Of a DNA stretch of 64,000 nucleotides, positions 51,765-64,000 are shown in pieces. The stretch comes from Raillietiella orientalis (Eukaryota): assembly GCA_036172245.1 (NCBI GenBank), contig JAYWIR010000049.1, positions 992,001 through 1,056,000 of the forward strand, written 5' to 3'. Positions within the stretch are counted from its first letter, which is position 1, and every line of letters starts with the position of its first letter. Made by a program: the position numbers and the translations under genes. The notes beneath the pieces were generated by a model. It was given only the letters and a program-made list of their open reading frames with translations. It did not search any database and was not told the DNA's origin.

Positions 51765-54543
51765 CTACGCATTATTGTTACTGTTGTTTTGCTGTGCTGC
51801 CTGTGAAAAAAAATTTGGCAGACTGTGGGTGGCAGAAGTCTGTGAGCCTGATCCAGGGATTGGGGACACGACACCACCACTTACAGGTATCATTTTGAAA
51901 TGCGAGCTCATCACTGGTGATTCCAGGACTGGAGGTGTATGAAACTTTCGATGAGGGGGTTTAAGATAGGGTGAATTAGCCAGTGCTATGACATCCAACC
52001 GATCCTCTTTGCGGTACTGCAAACAGGAACGAATGAATTCCTTGGCATCTTGGCTCACAGCTGGCTTGTTTGGGAAATGAACCTCAGTTGCTTTGAGGAT
52101 AGTGTTCTCTTCCAAGATAGTAGCCTGTGACTGGTTATGTCCAAATGGCTTTCGTCCATACAGACACTGATAGAAAATAACTCCTACCGACCAGACATCA
52201 ACTTTGGAAGAAATTTTTGGAGGATTCTTTCCCACCACAAAGCATTCAGGAGGAAGATACCTGAGGAGAGTGGAAAGGAAGTGTGTCCGGATCATGTTAC
52301 AACTCACCAGTAGGTACCAGCCCCCTGTGAAGTGAGGTCCATCCCATGTTCAGGACTATAGTTATCTTCATCCATGACTTTGCTAAGACCAAAGTCTGTA
52401 ATTTTGACTTCACCACAGATACTGCCTTCTGTCAATAAAATATTGCCAGGTTTTAGATCGTAGTGGATGACAGGTGGGCGGATCTGGTTTAGGTAACGCA
52501 GGGCTGACACCACTTGCATAATAACAGAGCGAGCTTCTCGCTCGCCAATTGCCTTGTGCTGCTTCAAGTAAAAATCCAAGTCGTGACCCGAGCAGTACTC
52601 CAGTACGGTGCAGAATGAATTGGCATCAATTTCAAACACATCGTACAGGCGCACAATGCGTGGATGCTCCAACTGTTTGTGGATATTGTACTCACGCAGC
52701 GCATGTCTGCAAACACCAACAGGTTAGTTTCTAGTCATGCACTGACTTACTTAATGTAATTGGCTTTCTTATCGTCTTTCCAATCCTTGTTGAGCTGATG
52801 GATTTTGCAGGCTACATACCTCTGCTCCTTGAGGTCAAAGGCCTACCCAAAAGACGTATCTCTAGGCTCAAAGGCCTACCCAAGTATTTTTTTTTTTGTT
52901 TTTTTACCTTATGCACTTCACTAAATCCTCCTTTTCCCAACAGCATAAGCAATAAATAACGCTCGTGAAGAACTGGATGGTTGTTGAACCTACACCAGAA
53001 ATCAGGCACAAAGGTCTCTCCCACTTAGCATACCGAGATTGATCTTCATTGTGAATACGCTTTAGCTCACGGATGTGCAGGTTCCTTTCTCGTTCTAATT
53101 TTTCCATTTCTAATTGCAAATCAGCATCCTCTTTCTTTAAGGAATTGGCTCGCAACTGCACATGATGGCTCTAATGAAATGTCCTGTTTATAAGGATCTC
53201 AAACCTTGAGAATTTCCTCTGCTTCATAATATTCCTGCCAATTAAGATCTCTTCCTACTGAAGGAGCCTCAGGCCTTACAAAACCATCTGCCTGAACTCC
53301 ATTGTGCACTGAGCTAGCTCCAGAGTTCTTTCTTTTGTGACCTGATGTGTCTGGCTTCCGCTTGCCTAGCTGTTTGCGCTGCCTATCAATCTCCTCTCTC
53401 TCAGCTGCCAATTCTTCCTGCTTCCTACAAAGAACTAGTGCAAGGGAATTCTTAAATTCGGCACTTACCTAGATAGTTCTTGGAATGCATAACCATCTTG
53501 CCAGTTTTCCTGAAAACTGGCTCCTACACGTTGCGTCACAAACTGACCCAAGCGTAATCGATTCTGCATACAGCGCTGCCTGGCTTCTTTCTTTTCAATA
53601 GTTGACTTTTCGACCAGCAATCGTCGCACCACATCAACACATCGTGTCACATGTTGGCGTTGGGAATCAGAAGCTTTTTGCTGGGAGCTTAGTTGGCGAT
53701 TTAGCTCCTCATTGGCACGGCCCAACTCTTCAATACGTGTTTCACGAACTTCACATTCGCTGACACTACGCCTCTCTAGCTCTTCCAGCATGGCACCAGT
53801 CAATTCCGTCTGAACCAATTTGTGAGCTGCACCAGAGGGAGTACGTGAAGGAAATGTGAAGTCTCCTGGAGGAGTGCCCGCCTGAGGACTGGATGGAAAC
53901 TGTGATCGTACAGGTGGTATAATATGCGTTCCTGCTTCTGCAGTAGGAAGAGATAGCGAAGGAGATGGTGCTCCTGTAGCATAGCCCTACGGTAACAATC
54001 TTAAGACATTCCTATGGTGCAACAGCTTGCCCACTTGCTGCTGCTGATGTCGAAAGTATTCATTAATTTTTTTATTGTCTGGAGTGGATCGCCTATCTTT
54101 GTTTCCATTTCCTTGTTCTATTAACTCTTTTCTCTTCCTTTTGCGTTCACCACTCTTTGCTTGCTTTTCTGGAGTCAAATCTGCTTCTTTGTCACTATGG
54201 GATGAACCTATATACATGTTGGTGAGGCAAACTTTACATGGCCAGTGCTCACCTGCACTCAAATTAGAGTTCTCATGGTTGGCACTACCTGTAGCTGTTG
54301 GAAACAATCCTAGGGGACAATTCTGGCTACTACTGCTTCCCAAACTATTTGACTGAGCATTGGCACTCAGATTTGGACTAGATGAAGTCAAGAGAGGTGA
54401 ATTGCAGGAAAGCGCCTAGAAAACTGTTATCAAATCTTAAGACAGCATGATGAAATAACCTTGCTGCCCATCAAGCGTGCTTCTAGGAGTTCCTGCTTGC
54501 GTGGATCAAGGGGCTGGAAGTTTTCCATTTTAACTCCCGACAT
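51765..54543 (-). CDS. Tlk: Serine/threonine-protein kinase Tousled-like, ~782 aa. Exons: 54543-54460, 54415-54253, 54207-54035, 53986-53469, 53424-53205, 53155-53034, 52989-52908, 52842-52751, 52706-52308, 52260-51765
   Basis: TLK hallmarks: [127 protein letters not shown]. All nine introns are GT-AG with consistent phase (2349 nt). Confidence 0.96.
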
Positions 54544-57069
54544 CACACACCTGAAAAGGCAACATGGAAGAATTGAGTAGCAAAAAAAGGGAGTATTCTG
54601 GGCATAATAATTATGCCACATTATAATGGCACACATAAGAGTACAGACTAAAATTTGTGCCTATAATTCATGAAATATGAATATATATACACATATATGA
54701 ATACTAATGCAAAATATCTCAATATATCAGATAATACCTGGATCTCACAGGAAGACTAGTTGCAGACTGGAATCTCTGAACTTAAATTTTACATTTTATC
54801 ACTTTGCTCAGTATCACAGTACATTGTGAGAAGGGTGGTTGAGCAAATTCGCGCCCGACTCACTTATATCACAAGCTGATATAAAAAAAAGAAATTTTAA
54901 AACTTCGTCAACATGCATCTTTCCAATGAAGCAATAGAAAATGGGATGCCCAAGTATATATTCTACTGATAAACAGCTGGCGTATGCATACTAATTCATG
55001 TATCATGCTGACTTTACGAAATCTCCACAATCGGCATGTAATAATAATTAAACTACAAAAAAAAATCTTTGAAATAACATTTGATTGCTGATCCATCTCA
55101 TGTACATTAATAATCTTCATGAACATGAATAATAACCATCTGAAAGAAAGTCTATAACAAACAAAAATTGTTATATTCAAATGTCTCATATGAAAACATT
55201 AACTTGAAGAAGAAGAAGAAGAAAAAAAAAAATATAACGCCTGTCATTGAATGCGCCTTCTAATGATTTCAGAGACTGTATCGATTTTCGCCTGGTTACA
55301 CCTTATTTTGGAGATGTGTGCTTAGCTATACGCAGACAAACATCGAAATGGCCTTTTATTTTCGCGTACAAACGCAATAAACGTGCAGAGAGAATTAAAA
55401 TACGTGGATGTTTCCTGGAAGCAGAGCGAGAAAACAAGGCCTAAAGGAAAACGTATGAACTGCATAGGAAGGTTTTTTTCTTCCATATAGTCCTTTTTAT
55501 ACAGTTCCATGCTCTACTTTTCCGCAAAAGAATGCCCCTCTGTACATGATAACACAATAACTGTAAATTTTCCTGGTTGCACAGTTACGTCCAATTCAAT
55601 ACGTGTCCACACCTGGACAACTACCTTACTTAACTCGTAATAATTCAAGCTGTTACCGAACGGTGAATGGTCAACATTCGAAAGAATTCATCTGCTAAAA
55701 GAACTGATTGGAATACATTCGTTAATGTGTTGATTCGATTCGACTGCAACTGGTAGTACGCTAACGTTTCGATTTCGATCACTGCAACTGCTAACGAGGT
55801 TCGAATCGGACAGCAGTGTTTTTTTTCCCCCCCCCCCCTTCAAAAATCTGCCACAGCAAATAGCAAAACAATGATTCGAGTCCAATCAAAAAACAAAAAA
55901 AAAAAACTCAGTTTCTTTCTAAGTGATAATACAATGAATTTCTGCCCCCAAGACAGACAGACAGAGAGAGGAAAAAATATATATATATTTGTCAGGGGAC
56001 CTTGACCTTAAAAGATTCTTTACAGACGAAATATATAACATAAAATACGTTTCCAAAGGTTCAGTCGCAAACAAGGTTGAAAATTAGCAAGGAAATAATG
56101 GTTCGGCATTTTAATCTTTAACCGGAACAGTCAAATTTGCTACATTTTAATCACAACTTCATATACCTAAGTCAAACGAACCTAATCATAACGATTCGAT
56201 GGTTCGAACAATATCCGCCCAAATATTCACAATAAACAATCAAATGCACCAAATTTTTTTTTTTTATTCATATTACAAAATGTCAACCAAATTGCCCTTC
56301 CTCTTGTGATTATTATGACAGGGCATCGCAATAATACAACCGAATTCAGAAGAAGAAGAACGGAGGGGGGGGGAAGAGAAAAAAAAAAAATACAAACTAT
56401 TGAGCACACCACGCAAACATCCAAGTTTCACAACTAAATACGATCACATCAAAACCGAATGTTTCATTTTTATATGCTGGGATTTAAAAATCAATGACTA
56501 TTCTGGGAGATAGAGGCTATATCACCGGGGACAAGCAAAACAAAGAAATAGTTGAGCTTGTCTGACGAGTCCTTCTCGATGTCCTTTTTCCCTAGCTCCC
56601 AACACAAAAAGCAAAGATACTTAAATACAGCACACTATCGAAAACAGAAAACAAAACTGTCTTGAAGAGAGGGAGAGAATATTGAGAGCAGGCGGGAGAG
56701 AGAGAAATCTGGATAGAATTAAAGTTAGCGTATGCATTCAAAGCGACTGCACAACAGGCTGGCCCCTCGTGAAGGTAACTTTGGTCAAGGGAAAAACGGA
56801 TGCAAATACGAGGAGATATTTCGTACATAGGCAGCGGTTGGGTGCAAATATTTAAGGGGACCCACCGTAATAATAAAAGCAAAAGAGATTGTGGAGGATT
56901 CGGAATTACTTATCGCGATTTTAATTTCCGACGATGAACGTTGTGATTGAATGCTGAAATGAATACCTTGGGAGAGAGAGGAGAAAAAAGGAAGAAGGAG
57001 AAGAAAAAAAATTTCTTTTTTTCTTTCCTTTTTTTTTTTTTTTTTTTTTACCAGTATTCGAAAATTCAC

Positions 57070-57080
57070 CTATCTTCCAT
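57070..57080 (-). CDS. Possible upstream Tlk coding exon (ATG GAA GAT AG|gtgaat), giving [11 protein letters not shown]... when spliced to the acceptor at 54551
   Basis: The phase-2 donor fits the acceptor ttttcag|G TGT GTG ATG at 54550, and the exon lies in a CpG-containing promoter-like patch. No homology support. Confidence 0.35.
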
Positions 57081-58923
57081 AAATTAATTCGGCTGGCATT
57101 GGTTTATCGAATTCACGGTGATTTGCTTATTACAAAAATGGTTATGTAATTCATTGTATACAGTTATGTGTTAAACATATACATCCTCACTTTACAAAAA
57201 TAAATGGGGTATATAAACGATACTTTACAAAACCGATACTGTTACTTACGGAAAACTGACATTTCGAACAATGTATTGTACGTAGAGACATGTGCATGGA
57301 TGCATGACACGAATACGCATGCAAATATGTGAAGCATCCAATTTTTGCATTAAAGTATTCCAAAAGCGATCCCCATCTCACATTTTGATGTCGCAAATGT
57401 TCGATTCTGTTTTTCGTATCGTAAACGGTAGTAACTTGTAACCTTGAATCACTGCCAATTAATGTAAATTTTCGAAACTTTGAGAAACACTTCTACGATT
57501 GCTGGACGTAAAGCGTAATAATAAGGAGAATAATTACGGCAAACTGGTAAATACGGCGGGCCCCATCACTGCAGAATGTGAAGTTGTCGAGTTGACAACA
57601 TGCAAAAGGTTCGCCTTGGATGCTATTCTTTCCGAAGATCGTGGTGCAGCAGCAACATTGCATTATATGCAATCCCAGCGGGGTTGAAAGACGGACAAAC
57701 GGGAAGGATTGAACACAAGCACGCACAAACACAGCAGGCAAAACAAGTAATTTGCTTTTCGTTCATATTACGATACATTTTACATCAAAAAATTATTACG
57801 ACTGACGAAAAACGTGCATGCACCATTCCGGGGATTCGGACACAACTGCGTATTGGTTCACCACCATCAAAAGACACAATTCTGAACAGGAAAATCCCCC
57901 TACTACAGTGCAACAGCATCTAATTTGTTATGCGCACCAAGACACCTTTATTCGGCCAAACGCAGCACAACCTCTTTCGAAAAACACAAAACATTTCGAC
58001 ACAACTTGGTCAAAACTACGGAGTACAAGCAACCATGAAAATGACATTCTTTGGAGGCACATGCATATCTGCAATCATCATTAGAAACATGAGCATTAAA
58101 TCTCGGAACCTTGGGCCCACTGTTTAAACAAAAAGTGGCAGTTACATGCCCCTTTGATTTCCAAATTTTCATTTTCCTCTCCTCAATCAGTGACAATCAA
58201 TGTAAGCATTATTTTTTCTTATTTAGGTTCATGTCAATTATTATGTGACTGAAATTTTTAAATAGTTGTGATCATACTAAATAGGATTGAAAAAGGGTAG
58301 TTGCTATAATATCTCAAGGATGGCTCATCCACTATCCACTTGCAGGAAGATGCCACAAATACAAATCCAACAAACACAATTACTTTCACTGAATACCCTG
58401 CAATCTCTCCCAACTAATTTCATAAAGGAGTCACAAAACCATTGCACAAAACAATTTATCCTTCAAGATGTATGACTAATTTAAATCACAGTCACACACA
58501 TCCTTGGCTTAATTCTAACTCTTAATCATCAAACAGACAAACATCACTACAAAATGCATTATCACCTTCTGAGTGATCTCCTATAACAGGATCTTTATCA
58601 AGCACAGCTAATTTTTCATGGTTAAAATATACTACAACATCCAATCCCATACCTTATAACCCAAAGAAAACAATGCTCCAAGCTTGTACTTCACCCCATT
58701 CATTGTGTCTATTGGGTGACCCAAGTCACAAGGTATTTCTAGTTTTTATGTCTGTTTGGCAAACTAATCAAGCAATGATAGTACATGACCTTTAAAGTAG
58801 TTTTGATGCACTAAATAAAACCAATGTAAAAAACTCAGAATTCTAGCTTTGTGGAAATGATGAATATCTTTTTGTGCTGCCCTAAGCCTGAATTATAACA
58901 GAGATAAAAACTTGCAAACGAAA

Positions 58924-58976
58924 ATACAGTTTAGACAATTAATACAAGTGACTTGTATTAATTGTCTAAACTGTAT
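58924..58976. repeat. Perfect palindrome with 26-bp arms and a 1-nt centre
   Basis: atacagtttagacaattaatacaagt-g-acttgtattaattgtctaaactgtat. Confidence 0.95.
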
Positions 58977-61900
58977 AAAAATTCAAGTGACTTCAATTTT
59001 TTACAATTAACTTAGTCTCTCAATTTTAAGATATCGAATGCCTTTATTAAATGTTTGTACAAATTCAACAGCATCAAAACCAAACACACAAAAACCTTAC
59101 AGAAAAAACTTCAAACAGAACATGCTAAGGAATTCAAACACCAATGAGTGATTCTGGCAGTTTAAAATCACCAAGTCATGGTCACTAAATAAACACATGA
59201 ATGGATAGCTATATGCCTAATTGTTTATCTACTAAAATAAAAACAGGAATATTTTGTAGTACTCAAATATTGGTGAGAACTAAAATCTATGTAAGGAAAA
59301 CAGAGACCACTGCAAACAGTCCAACATTTACAACACATGATGACAGTTATATACCAATGAATCAAAAAAAATTCAAACTGCTGAATTAAATTAAAAGGAA
59401 ATTGGAACATGAATGCTTTTATTGAAAATCTGTAATACTATAATTTTTTACAAACAATCTCCATGTCTTTGGGAAGTAAAATGAGAACGATGGCAGCAAA
59501 GCACAAACATGAAATGATGTAGGCTTAACATATCCAGCATATTCATATCCCTACAGAAAGTTGCAACCGAGATGCAAAAAATAAAAAAAACACTCAGAAT
59601 AATGATATGCCTCAAAAAAGGAAACTTGATCCTTGTACATGAAATGAGAATAATGCTTCCTCATTTTCAATTTGCAATTTTAATTGCAAGAAGACTCTGA
59701 GCAAACACAAACCTCCCAAACAGAGAAGAAAAAAAACCTCACTTTATGTTAACTAATGCAATAATTTTTTACTCACAGAAAAGGTCAATAGAACTACAGT
59801 TTTAGAAAATAACACTGCTGAACATGTTAGTTATATCAAATAGTGCACTGCACATTTGAATGTACACACACACACACAAAAAAAAAAAAAACGTACCAAC
59901 AGATCCAAACCTAGCATCAGTTCTCCTCGATTTTGCATATGTAAAATATTAACATATAAATAAGGAATATTTGGAGGAGCATGTTGGCTTATGATACGAT
60001 GGCAGCACACATTCAGCATGCCTTGATGATAAACGTTCCCTTTCTGGAAGAAAGAAGGCAATGAATAAAAGCATTTTTACTGAAGGTCAGTAAAAAATAT
60101 TGTGGCTTTACTGTATGGCATTCTCCACTGTAAATCACGATTTATTATCTACTATATGCCAGTGGATAATGCCATAGTCTCACTGGAAAATTCTGTTCCT
60201 GTAATTAAATAATCTATTCATTCAAACACATCAAACAAAATATTGATGCAAACCTGCTTGCAATAGCTTCATCTGTTTCACAAAAATGTAATGGACATTC
60301 GTTTCAACAAATAATGTTGTAAAGATTCTTCCTTGCTTTTCCGGAGGATAACATATAGCTGTTCATATATTTCATAAGATTACCATTGAATAATCACTGG
60401 ACACTAAAAGAATTCCTTAGTTCTAAATCTTCAAAAAACGTAAAAACGAGTTTTCTAGATCACTGAAACAATTCAATGCAACATGCTTATTTATTAAACA
60501 TAATCATATGTATTTAAATACGTTGAATTTCTTGGATGTGTTCCACATAATGCAACCAATGCCATGATATTAAGTTTCCATGATTTTCTAAAATTACAAC
60601 AATTAAAATCATTGTTGATTATAGTTTAACAAGTGAATTCTAATTACATATTTTGTGAAGAAAAACGGAATGAATGTTCCAATGCTTAGTTATGATTGAA
60701 AACGGAACAGCATTGCAATGGTAAAATGTTAAACATATTTGAAGGTTTAGCATATTTTTAAATGCCGACCAATTACAATACACGATGAAAACCCATTAAT
60801 TTCATATAGTATAAAGGAGGAACTTCTTAGGCAACATGCTTGAAAAAATTGGTACTCTATTAAGCGAAATAACATTAGAAAACAATTAATGAAAATAAGC
60901 TATCCAGCACCAAACCCGAAATTCTCATCAGCTGATCACACGAAGGATTGCAATCTTTCTACTCAGTTATTTGTTTCCCAGAAAATTAATACAATAGCTT
61001 GGTCTGGAGATTAGAAATAATAACAAAGTATTTTGAGAAATATAATAACAATCAATTCTTTAAGCTAAATTTATGAGTTTCTAATAGAAAAATGCAGGAA
61101 CTAATGATATGTATCATTTAATAAATAAAGAAATAATATCACGAGCAATCTCATTATTTGGGGTAGGACATTTTTAAATTGAATAAGTGTCAGGAGCTGA
61201 AATATAATTCAATGAATCTTAAGAATCTTCGAGCATAAAAGATTATAATTGTAAGGGTTCTTAATTTTATTTCTTCCAATTCTGATTATTTCCCGTTTTT
61301 ATTAACATTAAGCCAAAAAGTGCCAGGATTGAAGGATGCAATTCTTTTTTGGGGTAGGAATTATTTTCCAGGAAATGTTTTTTCCACATACTACACATTC
61401 TCATTCAACAGCTACCTTAGTGGGCCTGAAACTGATTCCACTATAAAGCAAAGCACCTCCTATGGGTGTATGTATACGTACATGTATATACATATATGTG
61501 CGTGTATGTACATAAATACACGTGCTGGATGCTCATACTTGACTTCATATCAAAAGTAATATGTTCTTGAAGATCAATCAAATGTCAAACCAAACCTTCA
61601 TGTCTCCATGAAACGTTAGAAATGAACCGTATTTTCATATGACTCATTTTTCTCATACTAACATATATCTTTGTTACATTACCATCAAACATCCAAGCAG
61701 TTAACTTTATAGTTAATTAACGTCTGTGCTAATACTGATTTAAAATACTCTAACAGAAACATCTGACGGCACTCGATCTCTCAATTCTACGAATGGGTAA
61801 GTGGATAATTTAAAATTCATCCAATGTATTCATATAAACTGAGTGAATATGGAAATTCTAAACCTACTAATTCTCTTTTTTTGTTTTTTATAATGCAAAC

Positions 61901-64000
61901 ATTCAACTCTATCACGAACATGATGGCTTGACTTTACCGAATGACTGCAGTTTTTTAAGAGAAACGTTTATCGAATCGCTCCCGTTAGTGACTTCTAACA
62001 ATATAAAAAAACTGTTTGGAGCATAAATTTGTAAGTCTGTAAATTTGTAAATGTGTTCATGTAAAGCTTGGCATCCGCTACGGTAAACAGATTACAAATT
62101 TATAGGATGACAAACTCTATAAATTTGTGAATCTGTTCATGTATAACTTGGCATTCAACACATGTTCATTGGGAAAGAACGAGAGAAGCAAAAGTAAAGC
62201 ATTTCTATTTTCTGATGAACTTCAGTATTTCAATCTTTGAGTAATCTTCTCATATTTGTAGTGGAATTTTCTGTGTGAGTATATAATGGAATAAAATGCT
62301 CTGAAGTCAGACACACAGTAAGTGCTGAGATGAAATGGAGTTAACAAGTCTTTTAAGAAGTCTGCATGAATTTTCAGGGCATACCATCAAAAACAAGAAT
62401 CAAAATGTAAGAAAATGGTGCTATATTTGAATTTAATGATTAATGAAATCCTTGTTTTGCAAATAATGAGACATCCAGTTCACAAAACCATTCTTTTAAC
62501 ACTATTAAGTAGTACTTGTTTCAGCATATTTTGCAACTCGAGGAAAAACCAAATTTCAATTATATTTCTAAAAAATACTGAAAGGTAGAATAATTATGGA
62601 CAGTGAGATGCATAATAACTTTTAGCATCTACAGATCTATGAAGGTCTGCACATTTATTTTAGAAAACCATACTTTTCTGGGGATGTCTAAAAAAAATTA
62701 GCCCATGAACTGGTTGCTTCAAAAAAGAATGTGAGCATGACAAAAATTCATTTGCATTGGAAGCATTTTCCACTCCAAGTTTTCTGTTTTGGCACAATCT
62801 AGTTGCAAATAAAAATGGAAACCCTGCTTTGAAATTAGATGGAAAATTTACCGATCACGTTGAATGTCTGCGCATCAGTTTGTCTCCATAGGAGCTTAAC
62901 TGTGGCATCTGCTTTGATTGCTCCATCACCAGCACTTCATCTGTTCAGAGATGTTCAGAGAAAAGACTTTATTTTACCTTAAAATGGCATCTGAAAGCAG
63001 GTGCTTCGAAAATGCCACCTCTATTTGCACTTTATGAATCCTTACAATCACTGAGACAAAATGAAAAGTGAAAATAAATTTCATTTAGCAGAATTTTTCA
63101 TGTGCATCTGATTGTTATCGATTTATTGTGTGAGAGCACTTCAGCTTCTTTTTTTTTCCACAGATTTTTTCGTTTTCTCCGTGCGTACATATCCTTGTCG
63201 ATGCATAATTTAATCAGGAAATTTTGTTTACATAGTTGTTTAGATAACGGCCATTTCAACGAAAGCGACTCGGAATGAAAGTGAAGTTGACTGATATAAG
63301 AACCATTTCGTGCACATGTTCACCCAAAGGAAATTTCTTTTCTAAAGTAATGATTGATGCAATAGATAATCTCGATACCTTTCACTTTTTCTACTTTATT
63401 TCGGCGTTTTTCAGCCTCCCTTTTTCATCAGTTCCCGAAATTGTATACAGGATTCGTATTTTCTCTTGAAATGATTGCGCCTTATGTTAGCTTCTGCCTC
63501 TCACTTTGCTCATTGAGAAAATGAACGAAACGTTCCACTTTCACTTTTTGAGTACATGAAAATCGCCTTCCTCTGATGTTCATTTTGGCCTTTACTTCTC
63601 TTCAATATTCATTTAGTTTTCTTCATTCTTTTGCTACCATAATCTGTTATAAAGTCATTATTAGAAACGCTTTTACCTGCCATCTTATTGATGGATCTTG
63701 GAACCTTTAAAATTCATCTTCACCATTCTGGAAACTGTGTCATAGAAGGCATTCTCAATAGGACCCAATTGACCTTTCTGTTTCGGTCAATTTACCATCT
63801 AAGTTACTCATCAAGACGTTTCTTCTGCGAACAATACGAATGTATCATTTCTTCAACTGCATGAACAGTCCTAAGGAACTTTGGTTTTGCAGCTGCTGTG
63901 TTTTCGAGGCACAAAATGCTCTTGTTTTTATAATGCTTGTGCTGAACAGTAGATATTTTTAATACCTACGAGATCATTCCTCAGTGCTTTCGTGTCTTTA

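Noticed and set aside
62700..64000. Exon-like segments on the minus strand at the right end
   Set aside because: All frames are interrupted by stops and no recognisable product emerges.

Overview
Eukaryotic genomic DNA, most likely from an arthropod judging by the TLK and tubulin sequences and the intron structure. I found no prokaryotic features, CRISPR arrays, rRNA or intact tRNA. Four genes can be reconstructed exon by exon with consistent splice phases. (1) The 5' part of an alpha-tubulin (-, running off the left edge), with an ATG-only first exon and a GC-AG intron. (2) A 3-exon secreted His/Gly/Tyr-rich protein (+, 20909-21979). (3) A 5-exon BAMBI-like, kinase-less TGF-beta type-I-receptor-like protein (-, 37999-44230). 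(4) A 10-exon Tousled-like kinase (-, 51765-54543) whose introns are mostly 44-49 nt. A fifth candidate is a short Cys-rich membrane-protein exon (+, 36781-36926). Much of the intergenic DNA looks like heavily decayed transposons (Ty3/gypsy, Ty1/copia, BEL/Pao and hAT-like remnants), all identified by eye from degenerate motifs. It includes a near-perfect 1164-bp inverted duplication (5201-6364 / 7992-9155). The left ~46 kb is largely GC- and CpG-rich, while the right end is AT-rich and partly CpG-depleted. I see no clearly new multi-gene system. The best candidates for follow-up are the His-rich protein and its open Thr-rich alternative frame, the Cys-rich micropeptide, the BAMBI-like decoy receptor, the long inverted repeat and the two intron-size regimes.
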